NCBI RefSeq assembly: GCF_963921235.1
Contig: NC_086109.1
Span: 32,614,001 to 32,678,000, forward strand
Direction of reading: 5' to 3'
Origin: Mobula hypostoma
Lineage: Eukaryota
DNA: 64,000 bases
Below are positions 62,371 to 64,000 of this stretch, one piece after another. The translations under genes and the position numbers were made by a program. The stretch's first letter is position 1. Each line of letters begins with the position of its first letter. Below the pieces are notes generated by a model that was not told the DNA's origin, did no database searches, and saw only the letters and a program-made list of their open reading frames with translations.

Positions 62371-64000
62371 TGATTTTATTTCACTGTTAATGTTTGAGCC
62401 ATGAAGGTTAACAAGTTGGTTGAATGACTGGAGGATATTGACACAGGTAAAACACAAGCCTCATTGTTTTCAAAGCAGACAGAAAGGAAAATAGAACACA
62501 AGAACCCAAGAAAATAGGAGCAAGAATCAGCCATGACCCCTCACTATAATCATGGCTGATTTGCCCCAGTCCTCAACTTCCCTTCTGTGCCAATTCCACA
62601 TGGCCCACTATTTCTCTGTCTTTCAAAAAATTATCTGCTTCCTCTTTAAATAGCCTAACAAAATGTCTCTGCCATCTAGAGAGATAAGATTCCAAATACT
62701 TACCACCTGCCTTGAGAAACAATTCCTACACCCCTCAGTTTTAAATAATAGCTCCATATCTTCTAACTCAGCCACCCCCCCCCCCCAAAAATGGCTTTCA
62801 GTTGTACAGGTGTCTATAATTTGGTTTTATCCATAAATACACAAAAAAAATCACTTGATATGGTAACCATATCTCAGCAGTTTTGTAATGAATGGCATTA
62901 GATGCACAGAAAACAATTAAGAAAGAACAATTGCAAAATGTGGAGAGAGGGAGGAGACTAGTTCTGCTGTTTCACACACAAAATGCTGGAGGAATTCAGC
63001 AAGCCATGCAGCATCTAAACAGTCGATGTGATTTCTAGGATCTGCAGAATCTCTGTGTTTGCAAGAAGGAATATCTGTATGTGCAGCAGACTTTGAATTT
63101 AATAAGATTATGGGAGCTCACTCACCGATAGGGTGCCCATAGGTCAAGTGTTCTTAACTAGACGATTGCCTGTACATTCCTTCATTAGACTAGTTGAATC
63201 ATCTACCTATCAACCTATAGAAACATCTCAACATCGACCCTGTCGTGTCTCTTTAGAATCTTTTACATTTCAGTCGGGTCATCCTTCATCTTCTAAACTC
63301 CAAAGAATTCAGATCAAACTTTATCAGATATTCATGATAGGACAACCTATCGTATGAAGAAATGGCTGAGTTAATCTCTTCTACACTGCCCCCGATGCTC
63401 ATATAGTCTTTTCTTAAGAAAGGAGAATATAACTGTATGCTGGGCAGCCTCATCAAAACCTGGCACAATTGTGACCATACATTACTATTTTTAAATTTCA
63501 CACTTTACAATAATGACCTTTATAGGTCTTTTTAATTACAGAGTGCAGTATCATTGCCTTACCTTTTTGTGCTTCAGGTATAGAAAAACCACGTTCCATT
63601 TGTACTCAACTCATTTCCAATTTCCTTCTAATTTTTTTCTGCCTAAGTGCTTGGCCTAACACTTTCCTACACTAAACTCCATTTTTCATTTATTAACGCA
63701 TTTAATAAAGAGACGTATTTTCCGGAAGTATACACTCCCAGACAGTGCAGATCAACCAGACAGAACAAGCAGCAGTTTGGAAAAATAATTCCTCAAAATC
63801 TTCCAAAGAAACATAAGGTCTTACCTTTTAACAGCATTGATGTTACACTTGCGTATTGATGCAAATATTGAACTGGAACATACTGTTCTACATTAATTAT
63901 TATTTAAAAATGATACAATAGAGAAGAGACTGGCATTAAAAGACGGGCATGACAAGTGCCCGTCAATGGGATGGCACAGCTGGAGCGAGAGCCAATTAAA

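Noticed and set aside
63555..63700. Minus-strand exon ending at AG|gtaagg
   Set aside because: The upstream sequence is a decayed CR1 (atggagtttagtgtaggaaagtgt, resembling MEFNVGKC)
63942..63964. 8-bp inverted repeat GACGGGCA/TGCCCGTC near the window end
   Set aside because: Too short to interpret and lacks context at the window edge

Overview
Vertebrate genomic DNA, most likely a cartilaginous fish such as a ray. This is inferred from the repeat landscape: HE1/V-SINE-like SINEs, CR1, Rex1/Babar, L1 and Penelope-like elements. Two host genes are supported. (i) The last two coding exons of a FAM107-family gene on + (934-1078 and 6966-7073); the ORF track captures only part of the first and none of the second. 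(ii) A single-coding-exon class A GPCR recognisable as GPR25 (38933-40015, +). Most of the rest is nested mobile DNA. It includes a twin-primed (5'-inverted) L1 carrying a younger, doubly truncated L1 inserted at the homologous position in opposite orientation; two CR1s tail-to-tail inside a Rex1 LINE; and an internally deleted endogenous-retrovirus-like element (two LTRs, tRNA-Leu PBS, PPT, 5-bp TSD) that sits in a Tc1 remnant and itself holds a Rex1 LINE. There are also Harbinger and hAT MITEs and two Penelope-like families. The Penelope terminal repeats carry minimal type I hammerhead ribozyme motifs, one with a fully intact core at 9465-9500. All calls come from reading the sequence and recalling protein and TE families; no database searches were run, and boundaries of old decayed repeats are approximate.
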